A DNA stretch of 64,000 nt. Source: an uncultured Planctomycetota bacterium. GTDB taxonomy: Bacteria; Planctomycetota; Planctomycetia; Isosphaerales; Isosphaeraceae. Of this stretch, positions 42,801-57,800 are shown piece by piece. The translations under genes were made by a program, and so were the position numbers. How positions within the stretch are numbered: the first letter of the stretch is position 1; every line of letters starts with the position of its first letter. The notes beneath the pieces were generated by a model. The model saw only the letters and a program-made list of their open reading frames with translations, was not told the DNA's origin and did no database searches. The stretch spans positions 192,001 to 256,000 of the forward strand of contig CAWGMQ010000004.1 of NCBI GenBank assembly GCA_963823665.1. The letters are read 5' to 3'.

Positions 42801-45800
42801 TGCCGGTACAAAATATCGCCCGCCCCATTGATGACCAGCACATCGGGAATACCATCACCCGTCATGTCAGCCACCACGGGCGTCGCATGAGCGATCTCGT
42901 CGAGCTGGCTCGCGTTAGAAAACGTTCCATCCCCATTACCCAAGAAAATCACGGCATTGTCGTTCAGCTCGTCGTCGGCAGCCAGGTCATCCTTCCCGTC
43001 GCCGTTGAAATTCGCGACCGCCAGAGCTCCGAAATCAGCATTTGCATATTGATCCGTTGAATCTGCCAGTGGACCATACTCAGAAGTCGCATCCCCGAAG
43101 CTGCCGTCGGGATTGCTCAGGAAGATTCCGAGCCCGCTGTAATTAATCGATTGTCCGTCCGACTGTTCAATCCCGTCCACGACGGAAATGGCCAGATCGT
43201 CACGGCCATTCCCCGTGAAATCGCCGGCTACCATGGACAGCGGTTGCAAGATCGATTCAGAGTCGCCTATCTTAAACGTACTGTTGCCGCCGCCCAGCAA
43301 GATCGTGAGCCTCCCGGTCGAGGAACCCGGCGCGGCAACCGCGGCAACGGCGAGGTCAAGCTTCTTGTCACCATTAAAATCACCGGTCGCCATGAACTGA
43401 GGTATCCCGCCGACCGGGTAGTCTCCGTTGGGAATGAGATTACCGTCGCTGTTGCCCAGAAGGATCGAAACGTCGCCGGTTACGGAACTGACGAACGCCA
43501 CGTCTTCCGCGCCGTCGCCGCTGAAATCCGCCGCCGCGAGCGGCCCGCGGCCCGCGTACTCCACCGCCGGCTGGAACTTGCCGTCGCCATTGCCCATCAA
43601 GATCGAGATCTCCGCCGGCCCCGGGCCGGCTTCGTTGACCGCGGCGGCCAGGTCGAGCTTCCCGTTATCGGTGAAGTCTCCTTCGACCAGATCATACGCC
43701 GCGCCGCCGGCTGCGTAATTCACGGCAGGCTGGAACGTACCGTCGCCATTGCCCAGCAGCACCGACACGCCGGCGGCATCGGCCACCGCCAGGTCGAGCC
43801 GTCCGTCGCCGTTGAAATCACCCGCCACGATGGCTGAAGGATCAGCACCGACCGCGTAATTCCCAGCGAGCTGGAAATTACCCAGCCCATTGCCCAGCAA
43901 GATGGCAACCTCCGAGCCAGAGGTCGCGACGGCCCCGTCGCCCGTCCCGTCGCCGGTGAAATCACCGGCGGCGACGGCCCGCGGTGTCCCACCCACCACA
44001 TTTGTCGTGAGCGTCGCTGGCGGACCCGCCAAGGTCAGTGTGGTCGTCAGAGTGTACGTCCCCTTGCCGCTTTCACGCTCGACATCCAGGACATAAGAAC
44101 CCGCTACCAGGTAGCCGCTCAGGAGGTCATCACCGTCCGCGAACGACTCGCCATCACTGTCCATCAGCACGGTGCCATTGGTGTACTCGAGCACGAGCCG
44201 CGTGGTAACACCAACGTCGTGGACCAGCGCCGTGAAATTCCCGCTCGCGTTGGCGTTGATCGAATACGACACGATCGAGGGCGCACTGCCACCCGATATC
44301 GCCTGGATCGGAGCGGTGATCGCGAGCTCGTCGACAGGGATATTGTTGGGGAAGCCAAAGGAATCGAGCATCGCCACATCGCGAATTGTAAGATCACCTG
44401 AAATGTAGAGCAAATTCATTAGCTGTATATCAATGAGCGTAGATCCTTGAAAGCCGGGTTGAGACGAGCCGTCGATCAAGGTTGGTGTGGTGATATTGGG
44501 CCGCTCGGAGAGTGGCCCGATCGTTTGCACACCCTGGCCAGGTAGGTCGAAATCGATCGTGTTCGTGCCTGTCGTTGTCGCGGCGCCGTCATCGGCCAAC
44601 GCCTGCTCGAACGAGCCAAAACCGCTGGCCGCCGTCGTGGCCACCATGAAGACGCCAGTCGTGTCCGTGATGATGAGCAGCGAGCTCACGGGCGCCGCAC
44701 CCTGTGACGATCCGCTCAGCCGAAGCACGGCGTCGCCGTCGAACCCTGCCGGCGGATTAAACGTCATACCCTGGAGCGCGTCTTCGAGTGCACTGAGCAC
44801 TCCGCTGTACTCCAGGCTCGCCGTCCCGTCTCCTGTCCCGGTCAATCCCGCCATGCTCGAAAGCGCGAGCGTACCCGTCGAAACCGTCACACTCAGGTTC
44901 CAGGTCAAGTCATACGGGCCGGAATCTGGATCTTGCAGGGAAAGGGCGTTGCCCCATGCGGCAGAGAAAATCAGCGGCTGCCCCTTGATCTCGCTGTCAT
45001 ATTGCAACGACCCCGGGAACGTCGCCGCACGCAGCGGCGTGACCTCAGACGTATCCCCTGATGGGTCAGTGGCCGTCGCCGTGACGACCGAGAGTCCAGC
45101 GGGCAGTGTGAACGACGGCACGGCGAAATCAGCTTCTCCCTCGCCGTTGGTCGTCACGTTGAGCGATCCCAGGTAATCTTCCGCCTCTCCAGCGCCACCG
45201 GGCCCGTAGCCTGCACTTGCAAAGAAATCGATGCGAAACGTCGCCGCCGGAGCGCTGCCGTTCAGCCATCCCTCGAGCTCGCCATCCGGAAGGGTGACGA
45301 TCCAGGGATAGTTCTGCAAATTGTTCGGGCCCTGCCGAGCCGTCGAGCCGTTCAAAGTCACTCCGTCATTGCCCAGGTCGATGGCCTGTCCCGTATTGCC
45401 GAAGATACGATTGGCGGTGATCTGGTTGCCGACCGAGTCGATGAAATCGAACTCGCCGCCGCCCGGGCCGACCGCGACGCCGGCACCGTCGTTCGCGGTG
45501 ATCAGGTTTCCGGCAACAGCCGTCGATCCGCCGATCGTGTTGCCGAACGAACCCTCCTCGATCAGGATTCCGGGACCCTGATTGGGGAGAGAAATCGTGC
45601 CGGCAGCGTTCGTGCCGATCTCGTTGCCCGCGACCGCATTGTCATAGCTCATCACCGCGATCTCGACGCCGGCGCTTTGAGCCCCTGCGATCACGTTGCC
45701 AAGGTCCGCGAGCACTGGCCCGCCGTTCGGGTTGAGCCCCACCCAGTTCCCCGATGAGTTCCAGAGACGGACATCCGCGAGCTGGCTCCCCAGGATTTTC

Positions 45801-48800
45801 ATGCCGGTAACGTCCGTGCCGATGAAATTGCCGGCGACGATATTCCCCCCGCCGTCGCCGACGAGATCGACGCCGTTGTTCTGGTTGCCCGAGATCACGT
45901 TGCGCTCGCCCGCATCGTCGATGCCCTGACCGTCTGTCCCGATTCTGTTGTCGGAGGCATCCCCCCCAATCACCACGCCGCCGCCGATGTACGTGCCTAT
46001 ATTTTCATCTTCATACTCAATATAAGCATACCCTGTCGTCGGGACAAGACCGTTGGAGAGCGCCGCCGTGCCCGTCACGTCCGTGCCGATCAAATTGCCC
46101 GCGACAACGTTGCCGCTGGTGTTACTTCCGTTGATCAAAATACCCGCGACGAGGTTGCCGCTCAGCAGGTTCCGCTCGGATGAATCGTGCACGCCGTCGC
46201 CATTCGTGCCGATCAAGCTATTGCTAGCGCCGCCGTCGATCTCCACCCCCGAAGCATTGGGCTCGGCCCTCTTACCGGTCGGATCCGTGCCCAGGTAGTC
46301 GCCGTAGATCCAGTCGCCAGTCGCGTTCGCTCCTGTCACGTGAATAGCGGCCCCCTGCGAAAAGTTATTCACGTCGAGCCCGCGCACGGTCACGCCCGAT
46401 CCGGTGATCAGCAGGCCGTCGCCTCCCTCGGCCAGGCTCCCGCTGATTTCGATCAGAGGCGTGCCGCTGTACCCCGGTTGCGAATAGCCGTCAATGAGAA
46501 CCGGATTGGTGATCGCGGGCAGGCTCGAGAGCGGAGCGATCAACTGAACCCCTTGCCCCGGAATCATGAAGTCGATCGCGTTCGTGCCGCCGGCGGCGGC
46601 GTTGGAATCAAGAATCGCTTGACGCAACGAGCCCGGCCCGGCATCTTTCGTATCGGTGACAACAAAAATGCCGCTCGTGATCGTCACGGTCGTCTCGAGC
46701 GGCAACGTCCCGGCCGACTGGGCGGACATGCTTAGCGTCGCATTGCCCACGAAGCCCGGCGGCGGCGTGAAGGATAAGCCTTCGAGCGCTGCGTCGAGCG
46801 CCGCGATGTCTCCGTCATACTCGAGCGTGCTCGTGCCGTCACCGGAACCCGCGAGTCCGCCCGTTCCGGAGAGCGCAAGCGAGCCCGCTGTGACCGACAG
46901 AGTGACGTTCCAGATTGCATCGAGCGGACCTGTGCTCATATCTTGCAGCGCGAAGCCGTCGCCGTTGGGCGCCGCGAAGACCAGCGGCTCTCCGGAAGTC
47001 TGGCGAACTTGCTGCGGCGGTGCCTGCAACGAGGTTTGCCGGGCCGCCGAAACCTCGGAGGTATTGCCATCGGGGTCGGTGGCCGTCGCAGTGATCACCG
47101 GCAGGCCCTCCGGCGCAGCAAATGGCACCTGAAAGACGGCGTTGCCTTGGTCGTCAGTCGTCACTTCCAGAGATCCCAGAAAATCCTGAGCTTGCCCCGC
47201 GCCATCGGGGTCAAAACCGGCACTGGCGAAGATGTCGATAAGAAATGACTCCTCAGGAGTGCTTCCCCACAGCCAGCCCTCGAGGCCGCCATCAGCAGTC
47301 TCGGCGATGATCGGGAAATTCTGAAGGTTGTTCGGTCCCTGGCGCGGTGAACTCGCGTTGTATGTGATCGCGTCGGCACCCAGATCGATCGCTTCTCCAT
47401 CGGGTACGACCCAGGTGGGTAGATCCCCGCCGGGTCCCGACAACGTGCCGTCCTTATCGTTGGACGTCACGTCGTGCACCGTCACGCCTTGGCCGTCGTC
47501 CAGGGGGTAGTCGGCCTCGAGCCCCGGTGCGGTGGCAGCCGGAGGGGTGCTCATATCTTGCTCGACCCGGTCCGCGGAGAGCGCCACGTTCCAGAGCCGC
47601 ACATTTGCGATTTGACCGACGAACCCATACCAACCGTCATTCGTGCTGGGATAATAATACCATGTATAGCCGGTTCCAATCTGGCCGAAGCTGCCGCCGA
47701 AGTCGAACGGTGAGCCGCTCGAAGATCCAACAAGCTGACCGTCCAGGTAAAGGCTCAATGTCCCGGACGCTTCGTCGGCGACCAGAGCGACCTGATGCCA
47801 GCGGCCATCGGCTACCGTCACCGTCGAAGTAAGCAGCGAAAAGCCAACCCAGTCGCCATAGAGCCGGCCGTCGGTCCCGACGTACAAGGCGGGCACCCAG
47901 CCGCTGACACCGTAGTTTCGCGGGCTTGTAGTCTGATACCCCAGAATGACGCCGCCGCTGGTAGTCTCGAACGAGGCCTCGATCGTCTCCTCGTCCTCGA
48001 AATTACGAACCAGGTTGTCCGGCAGAGTAACGTAAGTCGAACCGTCGAATTGAAGCGATCCCTGAGCGTCATTGGAAAAGTCCTGGTTGGCCGTGATCTG
48101 GTCGCCTACCGAGCTATCTCCCTCGACTTGCACGCCAGGCCCCGTGTTCAACGCGATCAAATTGCCGGCAGCCGCAGTGGCCCCGCCGATTGTGTTCTCG
48201 CTCGCGCCGTTCAAGATCTGAACACCAAAGCCGTTGGGCCGCGCTGTCGAGCCAGTGGGATCAGTGCCGATGTCGTTCGCGGTGATCGTGTCGCCGGTCG
48301 CCGCCGCTCCGCTGATCAGAATGCCCGCGCCGCTCAGGAAATTCCCGATGTCGAGACCGCGAATCGTGACGTCTGAACCAGTGATGGTCAAGCCATCCGC
48401 ACCGGGCGCCTGTACTCCGCTCAACTCAATGAGCGGCGTGCCGTCATGTCCTGGCTGTGAAAACCCATCGATCAGCACCGGGTTGCTGATCGCGGGCAAG
48501 CCGGTGAGTAACGCGATCGTCTGCACGCCCTGGCCCGGTATCGCAAAGCTGATCGTGTTCACGCCGCCGCTCACGAGATTCGAATTCAAGATCGCTTGCC
48601 GAAACGACCCGGCGCCGCTGTCCGCAGTGGTCGTTACTTGAAAGGTGCCGTCGGTGATGTTCACAAGGGCTTCGAGTGCCGGTGCGCCGTCCGAATCGGC
48701 GCTGACACTCACCGTGAACGTCCCTGTCGACCCGGCCGCGGGCGTATACAAGAGCCCGTCGAGCGCCGCGTCGAGTGACGAAAGTGAACCCTGATAGTGC

Positions 48801-51800
48801 AAGTTCCCGGTGCCGTCGCCCGAGCCCACCAGGCCGGCCAAGCTCGACAGCGAGAGCGTTCCCTCGCTAACCGAGAGTGTCAGCGCCCACTCCGGATCAA
48901 GTGGGCCCGCATCCGGATCCTCGATCGCGATGCCGTCGCCCGATGCAGCCGACAAGGTCACGGGCTCTCCGGCCACGATCCGCACGAACTGCGTCGGCGC
49001 ATCCAAGGTGGGCCGGCGCTCGGCCGAAACCTCCGAAGTATTGCCCAGCGGATCAGTCGCCGTGGCCGTGATGATCGGCAGACCCTCCGGCGCGGTAAAC
49101 GGCACGGCGAAAAGCACTTCACCACTTTCGTCAGTCGTCACCTCGAGCGATCCCAGGAAATCCCGCGCTTGGCCCGCACCCTCCGGTGAATAGCTTGCAC
49201 TTGCATAGACGTCTACGAGAAACGTCGTATCAGGCGTGCTGCCGCCGAGCCAGCCCTCGAGCCCGCCAGCAGCGGTCGTGACGATGATCGGGAAGTTCTG
49301 ATAATTGTTCGGTCCTTGGCGCGGTGAATTCCCGTTGTACGTGATCGCGTCGTCACCCAGATCGATGGCCTCTCCATCAGCCACGAGCCAGATGGGCAGA
49401 TCGCCGTAGAATCCCGACAACGTACCGTTGTCGGCGTTGGGCGTCAGGTCATATGCCGTCAAGCCCTGGCCCTCATCGAGAGGATAATCGGCCTCGAGAC
49501 CCGGTGACGTCGCCTCCGGCGGCGCGGAGACATCTTGCTGAACCTGGCCGGCCGAGAGCGCCGTTGTCCAGATCCGCACGTCGCTGATGTCGCCAACAAA
49601 TCCGTACCAACCATAGGGCGCGGCCGGCCAGTAGCTCGTATATCCGGTCCCAACCTGGTCGAAGCCTGGCTGGATGATCTGAGGCGATGCGTTCACGGAT
49701 CCGACGAGCGCGCCATCGAGGTAAAGCGTCATCGTCCCGGCCGCTCCATCGATCACCAGTGCGACGTCGTGCCACCGGCCGTCATTGACGGCCCCACCCG
49801 ACGTGACCTGCTCAATCGAGCCCAGACTTGTGTCGTACGAACCGCCGTAGAGCTTGCCGTCTGTACCGACATAAAGCGCCGGAACCCAGCCGTTCGGATA
49901 ATTCCCCGGGCTCGCGCTCACGTTCTGGTACCCGAAGATCACTCCGCCCGACGTGGTCTCGAATCGGGCCTCGATCGTCTGCTCTTCCGCCGAGCCGTCA
50001 ACCAGGTCGTTGGGTAAGCTGACATACGTCGATCCGTCGAATTGCAGCGTGGTGCTGCTGTCGTTGGAAAAGATCTGGTTGGCAGTAATCGGGTTGCCGA
50101 CCGAGCTGTAACCTTCGACTGAAGCGCCAGGACCCGTGTTAAAGGCAATGAGGTTGCCCGCGGCCGCGGTCGCACCACCAATTGTGTTATCGCTTGCACC
50201 GTCCTCAACTTGAACGCCGAAATCGTTGGGTAATGCCTGCGTACCGGTGGGATCGGTGCCGATGTCGTTGGATTCGATCGTGTTGCCCGTCGCGCCCGTG
50301 CCCGAGATCAGGACGCCAGCGCCCTGCACGAATCCCACGATCTCCAGACCGCGGATCGTCGTCCCCGAGCCCGTGATCACCAGACCGTTGCCGCCGCCGG
50401 TCTGGCCACCGGAAAGCTCGATGAGCGGTGTGCCGCTGTAACTCGTTTCTGAAAAACCATCGATCAAAACCGCGTTCGTGATTGCGGGCAGGCTCGAGAC
50501 CGGCGCAATGATGTGGACCCCTCCGCCCGGTATGGCGAAGTCGATTGTGTTCGTTCCGCCCGTAGCGGCGTTGGAATCGAGGATCGCCTGCCGCAGCGAC
50601 CCCGGACCGCTGTCGGCCGTCGTCGTTACCATGAAAACGCCGTCGCTCATGCTCACTTGAGCGTTTTGTGCCGTAGCGCCCTCCGAACTGGCGCTCAGGC
50701 TCATCGTGAAGTTCCCATGTGACCCGTTCGCCGGAGCGTAGACCAGGCCCTCAAGTGCCGCGTTAAGGACAGAGAGCGATCCGCCGTATTGGAGCTTGCT
50801 CGTGCCATTGCCCGAGCCCATCAGTCCGGTCAAGCTCGGGAATGAAAGAGTCCCCGACGACACAGAAAGCGTCATGTCCCAGGCCGGGTCGAGCGGTCCA
50901 GCGTCGGGATCCTCGATCAAGATGGCATCGCCCGAGGCCGCCGAGAAAGACTGCGACTCACCCGCAGCCACACGCACGACCTGCGTGGGAGCCTCCAGCG
51001 TGGGCTGCCGGCTCGTCGACACCTCGGAGGTATTGCCTTGCGGATCAGTCGCCGTGGCCGTGACCACGGTCAGGGCCGCCGGCGCGCTAAACGGCACGTT
51101 GAAGACCGCCTGGCCCGTGCCGTCGGTCGTCACCTCGAGCGATCCCAGATAATCCTGCTCCTGCCCGGCATCTTCCAGCGAAAAGCTGTTGCTGGCAAAG
51201 ATGTCGACCCGGAACGTTGTATTCGGCGTGCTCCCGCCCAGCCAGCCCTCTAGCCCGCCTGCAGCCGTCGTGACGATGACCGGGGAGTTCTGAATGTCGT
51301 TCTCGCCGAGGTCGATCGCTTCTCCCCCGGCTTCGACCCACGTCGGCAGATCGCCGTTGGACCCGGAAAGTGTGCCGTCGTCTTGGTCGGCCGTCAGGTC
51401 ATGCGCCGTCAGGCCCGCTCCTTCGTCGAGAGGATAATCGGCCACCAGCCCGGGCGTCGCGGCGGAAGGAGGTGAGACTCGGTCTTGCTGAACCTGACCG
51501 GCCGAGAGCGCCACGTTCCAGATTCGCACATCGTCGATCTGACCGACGAACCCATACCAGCCGTTGTTGGTACTGGGGTAGTACGCCGTATAGCCGGTTC
51601 CGATCTGGTCGTACCCGCCGTCATAGCCGACGTACGACCCGCTCTTGGACGCGACGAGCTGCCCGTCCAGGTAAAGGCTCTCCGTCCCCGACGCCGCATC
51701 GCCAACCAGAGCGACCTGGTGCCACCGGCCGTCATTGACCGTTTCGGGTGAAGAAATCGGCAGAAAGCCGTTCACCTCGAAGTACAGCTTTCCATCCGTG

Positions 51801-54800
51801 CCAACATAAAGCGACGGAATATAGCCGAACGGATAGCCGGAAGTGCTGGCGTTCTGATAGCCGATGATGACGCCGCCGCCCGTCGTCTCGAACGATGCCT
51901 CGATCGTGCTCTCCGGCTGGTAGCCGTCCAGCGGAGTGTTGGAGAGAGCGACGTCAGTCGACCCGTCGAACGCAAGCGAACCCTGGTCGTCATTGTAATA
52001 GATCCGGTTCGCCGTGATCTGGTTGCCGGCGGAGCCCGTGCCCACGACCTGAACGCCCGGCCCCAGGTTGTACGCGATCAGGTTCCCCTCGGCCGCGGTT
52101 GCTCCGCCGATGAGATTGTTGCCAGCGCCGTTCGAGATCTGAATACCCACTTCGTTCGGTAACGGCTCCAGGCCGCTGGGATCGGTGCCGATATCGTCCG
52201 ACTCGATCGTATTGCCCGTGGCCGCGGTTCCGCTGAGAACAATGCCCGCGCCATTCACGAAACCGTTGATATCCAGCCCGCGAATTGTAACACCCGAGCA
52301 CGCGATGGAGAGACCGTCCGCGGCCCCGGCCCGGATGCCCGAAAGCTCGATCAAAGGCGTGCCGCTGTAACCCGGCTGTGAGAAACCATCGATCAACACC
52401 GGGTTCGTGATCGCGGGCAAGGCCGAGAGCGGCGCGATCGTCTGGATTGCCTGGCCCGGTATCGCGAAGTCGATTGTGTTCGCGCCCCCGGCCAGGGCGT
52501 TGGAATCGAGAATCGCTTGCCGCAGCGAGCCCGGGCCGCTGTCGGCGTTCGTCGTCACCGTGAAGACCCCATCGCTGATCGTCACCGCAGCCTGGAGTGC
52601 CGGCGCGCCAGCCGAAACGGCGTTCACATTCATCGTGAAGATGCCGTGCGAACCGCTCGCCTGAACATAGCTCAGGTCCCCAAGCGCGGCATCGAGCGCC
52701 GACAGCGATCCCGAATAGTCGAGCACGCCCGTCCCGTTGCCCGAGCCCAAGAGCCCACTCAGGCTCGAAAGCGACAATGTCCCCTCCGACACCGAAAGCG
52801 TCAGATTCCATGCCGGGTCGAGTGGCCCGGCGTCGGGATCGCCGATCGCGATGCCGTCGCCCAAGGCCGTCGAGAATTCGAGCGGCTGACCCGGGTTGAC
52901 GCGCAGATCCTGCGCTGGTGCTTCCAGCAACGCTCGCCGCGCAGGCGAGACCTCGGAAGTGTTGCCATCGGGGTCGGTGGCCGTTGCGGTGATCACGGGC
53001 ATCCCCTCGGGCGCGGTGAAGGGAACATTGAAAAGTGCCTGGCCCTGGCCGTCGGTCGTCACCTCCAGCGAGCCGAGGTATTCCTGCGCCTGCCCTGCAC
53101 CCTCGAGAGACAAGCCGGCACTGGCATAGATATCAATAAGGAAAGTCGAGTCGGGCGTGCTGCCGCTCAGCCAGCCCTGGAGCTCTCCGTCTGCGTTGGT
53201 GACGACGATCGGGAAATTCTGGAAGTTGTTGGGGCCCTGGCCCGGTGCCATTGCGTTGTACGTGATCCCATCGTCACCGAGGTCGACGGCCACTCCGGCG
53301 GGCGTGGCCCAGGTGGGCACGTCGCCGTTAAACCCCGATAACGTGCCGTTGTTGCCATTCGACGTCAGGTCATGCGCCGTCAATCCCTGTCCGTCGTCGA
53401 AAAGGTAATCGGCCTCGAGACCCGGGAGGCCGGCGCTCAGCCCGGTGATAATGTCCCCGCCGATCTCATCGGCCGTTCGCGCCTCGCTCCAGATCCTGAC
53501 ATCGTTGATCTCGCCGACGAAGCCATACCAGCCCCCCGGTGTGTCCGGCCAGTACTCCGTAAAGCCCATCCCGATCTGGCCGACCGGGGGGTTGAGGGTC
53601 TCGGCCGAGCCCGAAACAGACCCGACCAACTGGCCGTCCAGGTAGAGTGTCATCGTCCCACTCACCCCGTCCGTAACGAAAGCGACATTGTGCCACTGGC
53701 CGTCGTTGACGGTGGAGCTCGACGTGACCTGCTCGATTGAGCCGGAATAGGGATCGTACCCGCCGGCGTAGAGCCTGCCGTCGGTTCCGACATAGACCGT
53801 GGGATCCCATCCATAGAAAGTCGACCCCGGACTTCCCCCCTGACGGCCGAAGATGACGCCGCCCGAGGTGGTCTCGAACCAGCCCTCGAGGGTCGTGCTT
53901 TGCTCGGAGCCAACGATCAGGCCGTTCGGAATGCTGACGTAGCTCGAACCGTCGAATTGAAGCGATTGCGTGCTCTCGTCGTCGGAATAGATTCGATTGG
54001 CAGTGATCTGGTTGCCCACGGAATCCGCGCCGCTGACACTGACGCCGGGCCCCAGGTTGAACGCGATCAGATTTCCCTCGGCCGCGGTTGTCCCGCCCAC
54101 GAGATTGTTGCTCGCACCGTCGGAGATCTCGACGCCCAGATCGTTGGGTAATGCCTGCGTGCCCGTGGGATCAGTGCCGATGTCATTCGCTTCGATCGTG
54201 TTGGCGGTCGCGCTCGTTCCCGAGATCAAAACACCATCGCCCTCGCTGAACCCAACGATTTCCAGCCCGCGGACGGTCGACCCCGGGCCGGTGATCTCGA
54301 GCCCGTCGCCGGCCCCGAGTTGACTGCCGGAAAGCTCAATCAAGGGCGTGCCGCTGTAACCTGGCTGCGAGAACCCGTCGATCAAGACCGGGTTCGTGAT
54401 TGCGGGCAACGGAGAGAGGGGCTCGACCGTCTGGACCCCTGCGCCAGGAATATCAAACCCGATCGTGTTCGCCCCGCCGCCCACGGCGTCGGAATCGAGG
54501 ATCGCCTGCCGCAGCGATCCCGGGCCGCTGTCGGCGGTGGTCGTGACTGAAAACACTCCGTCGGAGAGGCTTACCTGGGATTCCAGTGCCGGTGCGCCCT
54601 CCGAGCCCGCGGCGAGCGTGAGCACAAAAACACCGTGCGTGCCCCCCGCCTGAAGATAGCTCAACCCCGAAAGTGCCGCGTTCAGAGCCGAAAGGGAGCC
54701 TTCATATTGAAGAGGGCTCGTCCCGTTGCCTTTTCCAACCAGCCCGCTCACGTTCGCGAGCGCGAGCGTTCCGGATGAAACCGAAAGCATGAGGTTCCAC

Positions 54801-57800
54801 TCCGGGTCAAGGGGCCCGGCATCCGGATCTTCGATCGCAATGCCGTCGCCCGACGCCGCCGAAAGTTCCAGCGGCTGCCCCGGCGCCAGACGCACAGTCT
54901 GCGTGGGTACTTCGAGTGCAGCCCGCCGTTCCGCGGAAACCTCTGATGTATTGCCCGCGGGATCAGTCGCCGTCGCCGTGACGATGGGAAGGTTCCCGGG
55001 CGCCGTGAACGGCACGTCAAAGACTACCTCGCCCTGACTGTCGGTCGTCACGTCCAGCGAGCCGAGATAGTCCTGCGCCTGGCCCGCCCCTTGAGCGGAA
55101 TAGCCGTGCTCGGCGTAGACATCGACGCGGAACGTCGTATCGGGGGTACTTCCCTCGAGCCAGCCTTGGAGGCCGCCATCGGCCGTCGTGACGATCGTCG
55201 GGAAGTTCTGAAGGTTGTTCGGGCCCTGGCGAGGCGAAGTCGCGTTGTACGTGATCCCGTCGTCCCCAAGGTCGATCGCGTTGCCACCGGGCAGCACCCA
55301 CGTCGGAAGATCGCCTCCCGCCCCCCCCAGCGTGCCATCGTTACCGTTGCCGGTCATGTCGTGCGCCGTCAGGCCCTCGCCGTCATCCAGCGGATAGTCG
55401 GCCACGAGGCCCGGTGAGCTCAGGCGCGGAGCCGTCGTCGCATCCTGCTGCACCTGCGCAGCCGAGAGCGCCACACTCCACATTCGCACGTCGGCGATCT
55501 GACCGACGAAGCCATCCCAGGTGCCGTTGGAGGAGCTTGGAGGCGTGTTCGGGAACCGGCCGCTTGTGAATCCGGTCCCGATCTGGTCGAAACTGAAGCT
55601 ATAATTGGCCGCCGTGCCACTCTCCGCGGCGACGAGCACTCCATCCAGGTAAAGATCCAGAGACCCGGACTCTCCATCCCCGACGAGAGCGACCTGGTGC
55701 CAGCGCCCGTCGTCGACGGTCGCCGTCGAATTGAGTGTCGAAAACGCCGACAGGTCGCCATAAAGCCTGCCGTCAGTCCCGACGTAAAGCGCTGGAATAG
55801 TGTTATCATATTCGGGATTGGTGAATGGGGCGAATTGCTGATAGCCGAGTATTACACCGCCGCCCGTCGTCTCAAATGACGCCTCGATGGTCTCATCGGC
55901 GTACGAGCCTCTGCACCAGGTTCTCCGGCAGAATGACATCGGTCGAGCCGTCGAATTGAAGTGCGCCCTGCTCGTCGTTGGAGAACATTCGATTCGCAGT
56001 AATCTGGTTGCCGAGCGAGTTGTTGCCGTCGACAACGACGCCGGGCCCCAGGTTAAACGCGATCACGTTGCCGGCAGCCGCGGTGGCTCCGCCGACGGTA
56101 TTGTCGTACGCACCGGTCGTGATCTCGATGCCGGTGCCGTTGGCCAGAGCCAGCGTCCCCGTCGCATCCGTGCCGATCAAGTTGCCCGCGATCTGATTGA
56201 GTTGCGACCCGGCCACCTGCACGCCCGCAGCCAGGTTTCCGCTGATCAAGTTGCCTTCCCCCGCTCCGCCCGATCCGCCGTCGTTCGTGCCAATCGTGTT
56301 GTCAGACGCACCGTCCAGCAATTGCACGCCGTAGAGGTTGCGCACAGCCTCGGAACCAGTGGGGTCCGTCCCGAGCTCGTTGCCGTAGATCCAGTTGCCG
56401 GTGGCGCTGGCGCCGTCGATCAGAATTGCCGCGCCCGACGCAAAACCGTTGATATCAAGCCCGCGCACACTAGCACCGGCGCAAGTAATCTCGAGCCCAT
56501 TGCCGCCGCCAGCTCCGGCTCCGCTCAATTCGATGAGCGGTGTCCCGGCATAGCCGGGCTGCGAGAACCCGTCGATCAAGACCGGATCGGTGATCGAGGG
56601 TAACGGCGAGAGGGGCGCAATCGTCTGGACGCCCTGGCCCGGAATTGCAAAGTCGATCGTACTCGTTCCACCGATAAAGAGGTCCGAATTGAGAATCGCT
56701 TGCCGGAGCGACCCCGGCCCGCTGTCCGCGGTTGTCGTCACCGAGAATGTTCCGTCCCCGATATTCACCTGAGCCGCAAGCGCCGGCGCCCCCGGAGAAT
56801 CGGCACTCACGCTCAACGGGAAACTCCCGTGCGTCCCCGCAGCCTGAACATAGGAGAGGCCCGCCAGTGCGGCGTTCAGGGCCGACAGAGTTCCCTGATA
56901 CTGCAACGTGCCCGTGCCGTTTCCCGTGCCCACCAATCCGCTCAGACTCAAAAATGACAACGTACCGGTCGCAACGGAAAGCGTTAGGTTCCACTCCGGG
57001 GCCAGCGGCCCCGCATCGGGATCTTCGATCGTGATACCATCCCCGGCGCCGGCGGAGAAATCCACCGGCTGACCGGCGGTCGAGCGCAACTCCTGCGTCG
57101 GAATCTCAAGCGTCGCCCGTCGCTGCGCCGACACTTCCGAAGTGTTGCCGAGGGGATCGGTCGCCGTGGCGGTGACCACCAGCATTCCAGCCGGCGCACT
57201 GAACGGGACGTCGAATGTCGCCTGGCCCTCGCTGTCTGTCGTCACTTCCAATGAACCGAGGTAGTCCTGCTCCTGGCCGGCGCCTTGCGCAGAAAAGCCG
57301 GCACTCGCGTACACGTCGACGCGAAACGTCGTATCAGGTGTGCTGCTCCCCCCCAGCCAGCCCTCGAGCCCGCCGTTCGCCGTTTGAACGATCACAGGGT
57401 AATTCTGAAAGTTGTTCGGCCCCTGGCGCGGTGAAGTCGCGTTGTACGTGATCCCGTCGTCACCCAGATCGATCGCTTCTCCGCCCGCCACGACCCAGGT
57501 CGGCAGATCCCCGTCGGGCCCCGCCAGGGTCCCATCGTCATGATTAGGGGTCAGATCACTTGCCGTCAGGCCCTCTCCATCGTCCAGAGGATAGTCGGCC
57601 GCGAGCCCCGGCGCGTTAGCGGCCGGAGTTGTGGTCAGATCTTGCTCGACCTCGCTTGCCGAGAACGCCTCGTTCCAGATCCGCACATTCGCGATCTTTC
57701 CTGCGAAGCCATACCATCCGCCGGGGGTATTCGCCCAGTTGGTTGTATAGCCGGTTCCGATCTGGTCGAAATAGCCGCCGAAATTCGAAATTGACCCGGT

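Noticed and set aside
55893..56035. Two separate genes or a programmed frameshift in the giant protein
   Set aside because: The break lies inside a LamG domain, has no slippery heptamer, and is repaired by removing one base; similar indels occur throughout the window.
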